From Eledone cirrhosa (Eukaryota), in contig OZ024742.1 in the NCBI GenBank assembly GCA_964016885.1, forward strand, positions 104,656,001-104,720,000: a DNA stretch of 64,000 bases. Direction: 5' to 3'. How positions within the stretch are numbered: position 1 is the stretch's first letter; each line of letters opens with the position of its first letter. Below the pieces are notes generated by a model. That model ran no database searches, was not told the DNA's origin, and saw only the letters and a list, made by a program, of their open reading frames with translations. The translations under genes and the position numbers were made by a program. Positions 1-10,554 of this stretch are shown piece after piece.

Positions 1-264
1 TCAGACACAATGGAGATTAGAAATTCAAATTCTAATCTTTATTGCATCTAATGAGTAACTGATCTTAGAGCTGAGCTGATTGTAACTGATTAAAGCTCTG
101 GGCTGGTCGTTTGTGAAACATGTTACGTGTGATTATAAATAACTTATGTTGAACTGAAATCTGACCCCTCTTTCTTAATATTGGAACAAAAAAAAAAAAA
201 GATATTGAAATGTGTTGTAAAGACTATATGACACATAGTGACAACAGTACATAACTAAGAAATA

Positions 265-450
265 TGAGGGTTGGCGAAAAGTTCATAGGCTGTCTATGAA
301 GCATTGATGCTAGAGTTGTGAAATCTTGCATGCATTAATTTCTACTCTTCTACATTGTTTCTTTCCAGGGACTATGTTGAGAAGTAAACCTCATTTGGTC
401 ATTCCATGAAAGTATCTTGGTCAGCCTATGAACTTTTCAGCCAGCACTCA
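265..450. mobile_element. mariner-type MITE (~190 bp)
   Basis: TIRs (TA)TGAGGGTTGGCGAAAAGTTCATAGGC ... GCCTATGAACTTTTCAGCCAGCACTCA; a second, cleaner copy is at 32385-32582. Confidence 0.8.
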
Positions 451-1041
451 CATATCTTTAAAAATCATTTCACTGTATTATATAACAATAATGGAAATCA
501 TATGGAAATGAGGCCAAGAAAACAAATTCCACCAGAGAAATGATAGCAATGAAATGAAACCCAACCAATCCATTAAAATATTGCAGCATTTGCAACAGAA
601 ATATCATGACTGAACATTATTGAAATGATATCTGAAAAATGCTTCACCAGCGTTAAGAATTAAAGAGTGGTAATATATTAGAAATGAATATGTGTATGCA
701 CACACACACACACTAGGAGAGGAATAGGAGTAGGTATATCACTCGTTCTTTAACAAATGTGAGAAAGCTCAATGTATTAATTGCTTATAAAAAATACAGA
801 GCATAATAATTTTAATTTAAGGGAAAAACCAGAGATGATACCTCAAATTATTTTATTAACTTCTAATAAAATGATCTGAAATATCATCTTTAATGTTTCA
901 CTAATGCATATATAAAGTTTTATCATTTTATCATTTTTTTCAATTTTCAGGGAAATAAACATATTTGGAATGTTTACATGTCTATGTACTAAATGTGAAA
1001 AATTATATACACACTTACACTGTCTTGGTTACCTCTGTACA

Positions 1042-1074
<33 letters not shown>

Positions 1075-1108
1075 TATATACAGATATAAATGTATCATTC
1101 ATATATAT

Positions 1109-1857
1109 ATCATCATCATCATCATCATCGTTTAACGTCCATCTTCCACGCTTGCATGGGTTTGGACGGGAATTTTCCCACTTGAGGCAAGATTGGTTGT
1201 CTTGCTCGTATAGGACTGTCTGGCGGGTTTTCTACGGCTGGATGCCCTTCCTAACACCAACCATGTTTACAGTGTGGACTGGGAGGTTTTTACTGTGTTG
1301 CCTACACGGCCACATTACAGCGTGGACTGTGTGTTTTTTTGTCGTGATACCTACACGACCTCATTTATTTCGGACTGGATGTTGTGGTACCAACATAAAT
1401 TTACATCGAAAGGGGTGGTGTGGATGGGGTGGGGGTAGTGGGGCGGGGTGTATTTTTGTTAGAGGTGCCTACTGACTGTAGGTTTCGTTTTGTACTTAGG
1501 CAAGGCGGGTCTTCAGTATTACTGTGTAGCGCCAAAGATCTCGGTCCAGTGACATTGTCTTGGAGAGGTGTAAGTGTGTGAGGTCGGAATTTATCAAGTC
1601 GTCCCAGGTTTTTCTGGCTCTGCCTACTCCATGGCTACCGTCTATTTTTATCGCCCTGCACTTTTTTATACAGCTGTCGTCTTTCATGCGCATCACGTGA
1701 CCGTACCAACGTAGTCTTCTCTCGAGTAAACAACATCTGATCCCTCTTATTCCTAATTTCTCACTTAGTTCATTTATGCTTTGCCGTTCATGTATACTAC
1801 TATTACACATCCAATGGAGCATGCAAGCTTCGTTCTTCTCCAGTCTGCGTATATCCT
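1109..1857 (-). mobile_element. RTE LINE, 5'-truncated 3' end
   Basis: ORF 1496..1822 (RRLRWYGHVMRM...GRARKTW) matches the C-terminus of the 43686..46136 ORF; 3' UTR and (GAT)n tail are present. Confidence 0.93.
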
Positions 1858-3430
1858 GTTTATTATATTGAGCAGTTTTTTGTTTTGTTTGTTGATGTAA
1901 GTGTACTGTAATGTTTTTTTCTGTGACACTGTTAATGTTATGTAATGGGGAGGGGGTGCTTTGTGTTGTGTTGGTTTCTTCTGTGTTTGTTTGGTTTCTG
2001 TTAGTGGTATGTTTCCTTTTTTCCTTTTTACTGGTCGGAACGGCTCTCCTTCATCTTCGCTATGCTCCGATGTAAGGAGGTTTTCGTCCGTGTTCGGGAG
2101 TAGGGGGATATTTTGTGGTAGTGTTGTGTTGGTGTGTGTATTTGTGATTGTTTTCTGTGTGAGGTGGGTGGGTGTGACTGTGATTTGTTTTGTGGTCTTT
2201 TGTTTTTGTTGTTGTTATGTTGGTGGTGGTGGTGTATTTTGTTGTTTTTGTGGTGGTGGTGTTGGTTGTTTTTGTTGTTGCTAGTAGAGGGCAGGCAGTC
2301 CTCAGGTGATCTCTGCCAGCGCAGTGGTAACATGAGGGCCTCCTGCCTTCCACCGTAATATTAATGAAAGTTCGACCATCCAGTAGTACTCGGTCGGGTA
2401 TTCCGGAGATTCTCTCTGGTGTCATCTGTATGAGAACCTCCAGACTTTTTCCCCCGAACAGTCCACTGGTGGACTCACCTGCTGATACTAGAATGTCCTT
2501 TTCTAGGTCCGTGAATCCTGTCAGGACGGACCAGATGTCTACTTCTGGCGTTGAGCTCTACATTCTTAATCTTTGCGTTCTTCTTCCCATATATGTGGGG
2601 AAGAAGGTGCATTGTGGTGACACTATAGGTGCCACCGAGCATTTTTGAGCCAGCATTTGGTCCTTCATTCGGACCATAATGCTGGCATAAAGCTTTCCTC
2701 TTTCAATAAAGAGTATGTCCTTTATAATGTCTTTCAGAACCAGCTCAATTTGACTTTCTGTCAATTAAGTTGGTTTTCTTGTTGCATTGGATATAGTCCT
2801 GAAAGTTATAGTATTCCTATATGCCTATTGACGAACTTCTTCTGGGGAGTTTATCATAAAAGAACCATCCTCCCCAAAAGATACGTATTTTCTGGCATTT
2901 AATAAGTTTTGCTTAGCGTTAGTAATGTTTATGGGTTTGTATTCGATCATTTTTTTACTGTTTGGGCAAAAGAAATGTTGCTGTTTTTGTTGTTTTCGTT
3001 TTGTTCACTGTTGTTTGTTGTTGCAATGTTGTTGGTTTTATTAATTCCATTTGTTGTGGTATTTTTTTCCATGCTATCTTTTTCAAAATTTGGGTTTTCA
3101 CTCAAATTAACAGACTTTTTCACAGTGTTTTTTTCATTTGAGAGGAAGGGTAGTTCAACAGTTTGAATTGTTGTTCCCTCTTTCTCGCTTTTTTAGTGGG
3201 CGTGGCGTTAGCTTGCAATATGGCTTCATTGTTTTTAACGATATCAACAAACATTTTAAATTAAAGATTTTTCACCCCAAAACTGGCAAAAATATATTTA
3301 TCCAACGTCTACATTCCCAGGCGAGGGGTTAGAGTCAACAATAATAACAAAATTCAAATAACACACTCACAAATAACAAAGTAGTAATCCCAAATCGAAG
3401 AGCCGATGTGAAAGACGTCCATTATCAACG
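1858..3430 (-). mobile_element. degenerate non-LTR ORF1 (gag-like, CCHC zinc knuckle), L1/Tx1-like, no ORF2
   Basis: Disrupted minus-strand frame ...SFAQTVKK...LFIERGKLYASIMVRMKD...INITVEGRRPSCYHCAGRDHLRTACP with a C-x2-C-x4-H-x4-C knuckle and a T/K-rich tail. Clade assignment is inference. Confidence 0.65.
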
Positions 3431-3450
3431 ATAGATAGATAGATATACAG

Positions 3451-5135
3451 ATCATCACCATCATCATCATCATCACCGTTTTACGTCCGTTCTTCCACGC
3501 TAGCATAGGTTAGACGGGTTGTCCTGTTGTGGGCAGTGCCTGGTCGGCTGACCTTGTCTTGCTCATACAGGAACTGATTTGGCTTGATTTCTACAGCTGG
3601 ATGCCCTTCCTAACACCAACCTCATTTACAGTGAGTGCTGGGTGCTTTTTCGTGGTGCCTACACGTCCACTTTACAGTGTGGGCTGGGTGCTTTTTTGCT
3701 GTGGCACCTCCACGACCACCTTGCAGTGGGGGGCATAATATTGTCTATATGCTTCAGTTTGTACCCATGGGTGGTCGGGTACTCTGTATTACTGCGTGAC
3801 GCCAGAGGTCACGGTCGTGTGTCATCGCCTTTGAGAGGTGTAATTGGGTAAGGTCGGCTTTTATCACCTCATCCCAGATCATCTTGGGTTTCATCAACTT
3901 CTAGTGCTCTGCACCTTTTTATGCAGCTGTCATCCTTCATACGCATCACAAGTCCATACCAACGCAACCGCCTCTCCTGCACACAGCATTTGATTCCTCT
4001 TATGCTCAGTCTCTCTCTCAATTCATTTATGCTTTGTCGTTCGCGTATATTACTATTACACATCCATCGAAGCATGCAGGCTTCGTTTCTCTCTAATCTA
4101 TGTAAGTCTTCCACCTTCAGCACCCAGGTCTCACTACCATGCAACATCGCTGTTCGGATACACGCATCATACAGTCTGCCTTTCATTTTGAGGGAGAAGC
4201 CTTTTGCAGCTAGCAGTGGTAGTAGTTCCCTAAACTTCTTCCATCCCGTTCTTACCCTAGTTATTGTACTTTCTGAACACCCACCTCCGCTGTTAATTCG
4301 GTCACCTAGGTAGCAGAAGCTGTCTACTGTTTCTACAGAGCCCTCCCAGAGATTGGTGGTACTTGTTTCCTGTGGCTGTTTGCTGCTTGCTGTCCCAGCA
4401 CAGCTGCTGCATGTGAAGCCTACATTCTTAATTAAGCTTCCTGAGATCCTGCTACATCTCTTGTGTACCCATTGTTTGCATTTGAGGCAGAGAATGGAGT
4501 TCCTACCTACACCTTTCCTACATACTGAGCAAGGCCATTTCCCTGAGGGGATCTGGGTTCTGTTTTCTCGTCTACTTACAAGGACCTTAGTCTTTGTCAT
4601 GTTGACTTTGAGGCCCTTTCTTTCTAGTCCCTGCTTCCAAGTTTGGAATTTCTTCTCTAGTTCTACCATAGATTCAGCTATAAGTGCGAGGTCATCAGCA
4701 TACAGGAGTTCCCATGGGCATCCGGTTTTAAACTCCTCCGTTATTGCCTGCAGGACTATGATGAACAGGAGGGGCTAAGAACAGAGTCCTGGTGGACCCC
4801 AACCTGTACGCTAAATTCCTCGCTATACTCATTGCTAATCCTAACTTTGCTGACTGCTCCCCTATACATGGCTTGTACCGCTTTCACAAGCCATTCATCT
4901 ACTCCTAGTTTTCTAAGATCCCACCAGATTACAGCACGTGGAACTCTGTCAAAGGCTTTCTCAAGGTCGACAAATGCCAGGTAGAGTGGCTTACTTTTAG
5001 CTAGGTACTTTTCCTGTAACTGCCTGACAAGGAAGAGGGCATCAGTGGTGCCTCTTCCTGGTACAAACCCAAATTGCATCTAGTCTAGTTTCACCCGGTC
5101 CCTAATCAACTGTGCTATAACTCTTTCTGTTACTT
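3451..5135 (-). mobile_element. RTE LINE, 5'-truncated, second subfamily
   Basis: ORFs 4756..5079 (QFGF, AFVDLEKAFDRVP) and 3869..4669, with YADDL between them; frameshifted; distinct 3' UTR and (GAT)n tail. Confidence 0.93.
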
Positions 5136-5139
5136 CTGT

Positions 5140-6201
5140 AATTTGAAGCAATAAATTGAAATTCACACCATTTTAAAATTAACCACCTTTAAAGCAGCAT
5201 ACATTCTGTCAAAACTGAAGTAAGAACTAACATCAAATTTATGTTAAAACTTGGTTGGAAGAAAAAGTACATTATTGTAGCTTTGAGAAATGTTTATCGA
5301 GATACTTCTCTTAAAAAAAAATCATCAATTTACAAATGGATAATTCATTTTAAAGAAGGATAAGATGAAGTTGAAGATGATGAATGGACCAGCAGGCCAT
5401 CAACATCAGTTTGTGAAGAAAAAAATCGATGCACTTCAAGATTTAATTGATGGAGACTGACGATTAACAACAGAATAAAATAGCTTACATCCTAGACATC
5501 TCAGTTGATTTAGTTCACACAATTTTAAGTGATGAATTTAAGTTGAGCAAACTTTCTGCCTGCTGGGTGCCAAGACTGTTGCATCCAGATCAACAACAAA
5601 CAAAAGTAGAGCTTTCTTCAGGAATTTCAAACAAATGGAATCAAAATCTAGAAGGTTTTCTGAGGTGAATTGAGACTGGAGATAAACGTGGTTTTACCAG
5701 TACAATCTTGAAGCTCAATCAAAGCAATAGTTACCCAAAGGTGGAAATGATCCAATCAATGCAAGAGTGAACCATTCAGGAGAAAATGTTATGGCAACAG
5801 TCTTTTGGGATGTTGAGGGCATTTGGTTTGTTGGTTTCTTAGAGGGAAAAAAAACCCAGTAACATCTGTTTATTATGACAAAGTTTTGAAAAATTAGTGA
5901 GAAATTTAGCCAAAAAGTGCCCTGAAAACTTCATCAGTGAGTTCTTTTCCACCACGACAATGCCTCTGTCCATTTCTCTCATCAAATAAGAGAAACTATG
6001 TGAGAATTGCGATGGGAAATTATTAGACACCCCTCCCCTTACAGCTCTGATTTAACACCTGATTTTTTTTATTTCCTAAAGTTAAACAATTTTTTTAAGG
6101 TACCCAATTTGTTGTTGGTGTTTATGTGGAGAAATAACATTTTTCTATGAAATAGTTTTCTTTTCATTCCATTTTTCCATGGACTTTTTGAATGACCCTC
6201 A
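5140..6201 (+). mobile_element. decayed DD34D-type mariner transposon, left end lost
   Basis: Remnant motifs WVPRLL (~5563), TGD(ETW), LFHHDNA, PYSSDL. Right TIR ...TTTTCCATGGACTTTTTGAATGACCCTCA is followed by TA. Resembles irritans/Hsmar2-type from memory. Confidence 0.85.
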
Positions 6202-6375
6202 TATATATATCGTCATCATCACCATTTAACATCCATTTTTCCACACTAGCATGGGTTAAATGAGGTCACTGTGAGACAAGTTAGGTCAGATTATTGTGTC
6301 TTGCTCATACAGAACTACTTCTGGCTTGGTTTCTATGACTGGATGCCCTTCCTAATGCCAACCAATATATATATA

Positions 6376-6449
<74 letters not shown>

Positions 6450-6460
6450 ATATATATATA

Positions 6461-6619
<159 letters not shown>

Positions 6620-6889
6620 TTATATATATATTTGTTCTACACTTTTGCATTCTGAGTTTAAACTCCACAGGGGTTTGCTTTACCTTTTATCATTTCGGGG
6701 TTAATGAAGAATGTTCCAGCCCAGTGCCGGTGCAGCCCTCTCTCCTTCATACTGTGGATAAATGGAAGTAGGCCCAAGATGGTGTCAGTATCTGCCTGCA
6801 ACTACATTGGCACCTAAAATGCTTAGTGAAAGCATGGTAAATACTACTAAGTCATTCTTACTTATGAGTGAGAGCTGTAGCAGCAAGTA

Positions 6890-6955
<66 letters not shown>

Positions 6956-7583
6956 CATACATACACATACTAATATACATACACACACACACATATATAT
7001 ATACACATGCATATTTTGTATAGACAATACAGAAACTAATTTCTTGTACTTGAGACTTGCTCCAAGGATTATTGTAAAGTCAATGTCCTTCAGCAACACT
7101 GTTGGATTCAGGTGGGTTACCTACTACCTGCTGTGTATAGTTGAGGTGTTACAGATACAGCACAGCAGACAGATATAGAATAAACTATGTACCTGTGTAG
7201 GTGTATATGTAACAGGGTAGGAACAGCAAACCAGCTATGGATAACGCATACACACAACCCATCCCAGTATAGAAAAGCAGCCGTAAACTATATATATATA
7301 TATATATACACACACATACATACAGACAGACACATATATTTATATACATATATACATACATACCTCTACTACTACCAGTAATTACCTATACAGATGGCTT
7401 ACATTCGTGATATACCAAATATATTTAGGAACATACAAACACACACCTACACACAACTTCCATTCTACTGCTCAGAACATCACCATCATCAACATCTCCA
7501 CCACTACCATTATAAATCTAAGTAGCTGTAAAACGAAATGGTGTGTATACATGTGTATGTCTGTGATATATATATATATATAT

Positions 7584-7936
7584 GGAGGCACATGGCTTAG
7601 TGGTTAGAGCATTGGCCTTGCAACCAAAAGGTTGTGAGTTCAATTCTCAGACCGGGTGATGGGTTGTTTCCTTGAGCAAGACACTTTATTTCACATTGCT
7701 CCAGTTTACTCAGCTGTAGAAATGAGATGATAGGGACTGGGGTCCATATCATTCCACTGCAAAGTGGTCGTGGAGGTGCCGCGGTAATAAAGTACCCAGC
7801 ACTCACTGTAAATGAGGTTGGTGTTAGGAAGGGCATCCAGCTGTAGAAATCAAGCCAGAATCAGTTCCCGTCCCACCCTTGCAAGCAGGGAAAAGCGGAC
7901 GTAAAATGAAATGATGATGATGATGATGATGATGAT
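7584..7936 (+). mobile_element. tRNA-head SINE family A with RTE-derived tail
   Basis: A box TGGCTTAGTGG, B box GTTCAATTC, central CCTTGAGCAAGACACTT, 3' part matching the RTE 3' UTR at ~3580-3720, (GAT)n tail. Confidence 0.9.
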
Positions 7937-8002
7937 ACACATATACATATATGTGTGTGTGTACATATATGTACACACACACACACACATATATATATAT
8001 GA

Positions 8003-8290
8003 GGCAGCAAAATGGCAGAGTTGTTAAACGTTGGATAGAATGCTTTGCAGTATTCATTCCGGCTCTCTGCCCTCAGTGTTCAAATCCTGCCAAGGTCAAC
8101 ATGGCCTTTCATCTTTTCGAGGTCGATAAAAAAAGTACCTGTCTAGTACTGGGGTTGATTCTTCTTCTGTTTCTCTTTTTCACTTCCATTCTTTCACTCT
8201 CTCTGTCCTTCTCTGGAAGAAATCTGCTGTATTCAGGCCTGAGGAGGAGATGGGCTCTACCAGGATTAAACATGCCCAAGAAATGCCATA
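8003..8290 (+). mobile_element. older SINE family C (B-type head and core, different tail)
   Basis: GTTCAAATCC B box and GCCTTTCATCTTTTCGAGGTCGATAAAA core, then CTCTGGAAGAAAT tail; related copies ~12188-12655, ~23215-23550, ~27275-27590. Confidence 0.7.
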
Positions 8291-8435
8291 TTACAATACG
8301 AAAAGTGAGGTTTTTTTTACAAAATGAAAAATAACCGAGGTGTCCTACACGAGTGAAAGTATAAAGAAAAAGAGATGAAATCGAAAATGCAACTGGAGTC
8401 TTATTTTTAAAAAAAATATATATATTTATTTGGTT

Positions 8436-8473
8436 CCTTTACCGGTTTCGCAGTTCTTCTGCTTTTCAAAAGG
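8436..8473 (-). ncRNA. minimal type-I hammerhead ribozyme (U3-A8 variant)
   Basis: CCTT-TTGAAAA-GCAG aagaa CTGC-GAAAC CG GTA-AAGG; second copy at 24738-24773 (+). Confidence 0.75.
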
Positions 8474-8518
8474 TGAGTTGAGATGGAGGGTCTGTGGTTT
8501 TTCTCACATATATATATA

Positions 8519-8905
8519 TCATCATCATCATCAATTTACGTCCGCTTTTCCTTGCTTGCAAGGGTGGGACGGTAACTGACCCTGGCTTGATTTCTACAGC
8601 TGGATGCCCTTCCTAACACCAACCTCATTTACAGTGAGTGCTGGGTGCTTTTTTGCCGTGGTACCTACATGTCCACTTTACAGTGTGGGCTAGGTGCTTT
8701 TTTGCCGTGGCACCTCCACGACCACTCTACAGTGGAATGATATGAACCCCAGTCCCTATCATCTCATTTCTACAGCTGAGTAAATTGGAGCAATGTGAAA
8801 TAAAGTGTCTTGCTCAAGGAAACAACACATCACCCGGTCTGAGAATTGAACTCACAATCTTTCGATTGCAAGCCCAATGCTCTAACCACTAAGCCATGTG
8901 CCTCC
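8519..8905 (-). mobile_element. SINE family A copy
   Basis: Reverse complement of 7584-7936 with one extra RTE-UTR sub-repeat. Confidence 0.9.
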
Positions 8906-8957
8906 ATAATATATATATATATTTATAAATCAGAATTGATGTAGTAAAAACCTGTTA

Positions 8958-9108
8958 GACCATTACTCACTGGAGTACTCAACACTTGGGGTAGTAGAGT
9001 GTGGTAATATGATGGAGTCGGGACCCCAACGGCTGAGCTCCTGCCGTTCCAACAGTTCGGTACTAGCTGTTAAAATGGCAGGAGCTCAGCCGTCGGGGTC
9101 CCGATTCG

Positions 9109-9114
<6 letters not shown>
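8958..9114. mobile_element. hammerhead-half fold-back element related to 40477-40640
   Basis: Imperfect hairpin 9011-9114 (GGGACCCCAACGGCTGAGCTCCTGCCGTT / AATGGCAGGAGCTCAGCCGTCGGGGTCCC) preceded by GAGTACTCAACACTTGGGGTAGTAGAGT, homologous to the reverse complement of 40600-40626. Confidence 0.75.
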
Positions 9115-9151
<37 letters not shown>

Positions 9152-9177
9152 CCACATGCATATATATATATACACAT

Positions 9178-9666
9178 ACAAAATTTAGTATAGAGATGTA
9201 TTGCATACCTTACTTACTGTGGTTACCCCCAATTGAACCTGGGATAACATATATATCATCATCATCATCATCATCTTCGTTTAATGTCCATCTTCCATGC
9301 TAGCATGGGTTAGATGGGAGTTGTCCCACTTGAGGCAAGGCTGGTCGAGTGACCGTGTCTCGCCCATATAGGACTATCTGGTAGGTTTTCTACGGCTGGA
9401 TGCCCTTCCTAACACCAACCACATATGTTAGGAAGGGCATCCAGCCGTAGAAAACCTGCCAGATAGTCCTATATGGGCGAGACACGGTCACCCGACTAGC
9501 CTTGCCTCAAGTGGGACAACTCCCATCTAACCCATGCTAGCATGGAAGATGGACATTAAACGAAGATGATGATGATGATGATGATGATATACATGTTATT
9601 CCCAGGTTCAATTGGTGGTAACCACAGTAAGTAAGGTATGCAATACATTTCTATACTAAATTTTGT
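9178..9666. repeat. inverted duplication, ~240-bp arms, 11-bp spacer
   Basis: 9178-9414 is the near-exact reverse complement of 9426-9666; each arm holds an RTE 3' tail plus ~75 bp of non-RTE flank. Confidence 0.92.
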
Positions 9667-9674
9667 TTTATATA

Positions 9675-9833
9675 TATAAGGTAAAAATGATGATGGTGAT
9701 GAATATATATGTGCAGGCACGTGTGTGTGTGTGTATATATATATATACATGATGATGATGATGATATATATATATACACCCACACGTGTCTGCACATATA
9801 TATATTCATCACCATCATCATTTTTACCTTATA
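9675..9833. repeat. inverted repeat, ~70-bp arms around (GAT)n
   Basis: TATAAGGTAAAAATGATGATGGTGATGAATATATATGTGCAG... versus ...CTGCACATATATATTCATCACCATCATCATTTTTACCTTATA. Confidence 0.85.
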
Positions 9834-9874
9834 CCACACCCCTTAACTTATCCCCATTTAATGTTTCAAATAAT

Positions 9875-10059
9875 TGTTTCTACTTTAGGCACAAGGCCAG
9901 CAATTACCCAGTGCATTACTGGTACTTTATTTTATCGACTCCGTAAGGATGAAAGGCAAAGTTAACCTCGGCGGGATTTGAACTCAGACTGTAAAGGGAC
10001 ATAACTATGCTAGAAAGCATGGCGTCCAACCCTCTACCGATACTGCCAATTCACCGCCC
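9875..10059 (-). mobile_element. SINE family B with 17-bp TSD
   Basis: B box GTTCAAATCC, core GCCTTTCATCCTTACGGAGTCGATAAAATAAAGTACCAG; TSD TTAATGTTTCAAATAAT at 9858-9874 and 10060-10076. Confidence 0.92.
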
Positions 10060-10488
10060 TTAATGTTTCAAATAATGAAAAGATATATATATATATATAT
10101 ATATAGATAGATAGCTAGCTAAACTTTTTACAACAGGTACATAAACATGAAAACATACAAGAATACACAGAAGTATATTGAGTTGCTATTGTTAATTCTA
10201 TCTCTCCATAGGGTATCATTCATCATAGCCCATATTTATGAAAAAGGTGTTTCATTTAAACCATGGGAAAAAATGAAGAAAACAAAAAAAAAAAAAGAAA
10301 ACAAACGAAAAACAACAAAATAACTATTTTGTTGCAAAAAAAAAAAAAAAATTTAAATCCATATTTGACAAGTACTCCTCAAATGTCATCAGTGAAGGTG
10401 TCTATGTGGGCTATATCTCTATATATGAATAATGAAATTATTGTGTACAGTGCTCAGGTTAGATAATTCCAAGAAGATAATTCCTTAC

Positions 10489-10554
10489 CTTTTTGGATGA
10501 TTTTTCAACATTTTGTTGACTGCTTTGCTGTCGGTTGTGTGCAAACTTCAGCAT
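10489..10554 (-). CDS. candidate alternative first coding exon (MLKFAHNRQQSSQQNVEKSSKK)
   Basis: accATG start, 22 open codons, AAG|GTAAGG donor in phase 0 (same phase as the end of exon 19308-19345), inside a ~1.5-kb stretch without recognisable TEs. No homology support. Confidence 0.35.

Noticed and set aside
1020-1035. Possible minus-strand micro-exon before a GTAAGT donor as the next C1 exon
   Set aside because: It does not supply the final Cys (reads stop or VTKT-), and its acceptor tract is only (TA)n.
3921-4778. Antisense ORFs over RTE copies (also 44-46 kb and 57.9-59.9 kb)
   Set aside because: Shadow frames of the RT coding strand.
7584-7655. tRNA gene
   Set aside because: The A and B boxes belong to a multi-copy SINE head; there is no proper acceptor stem or terminator.
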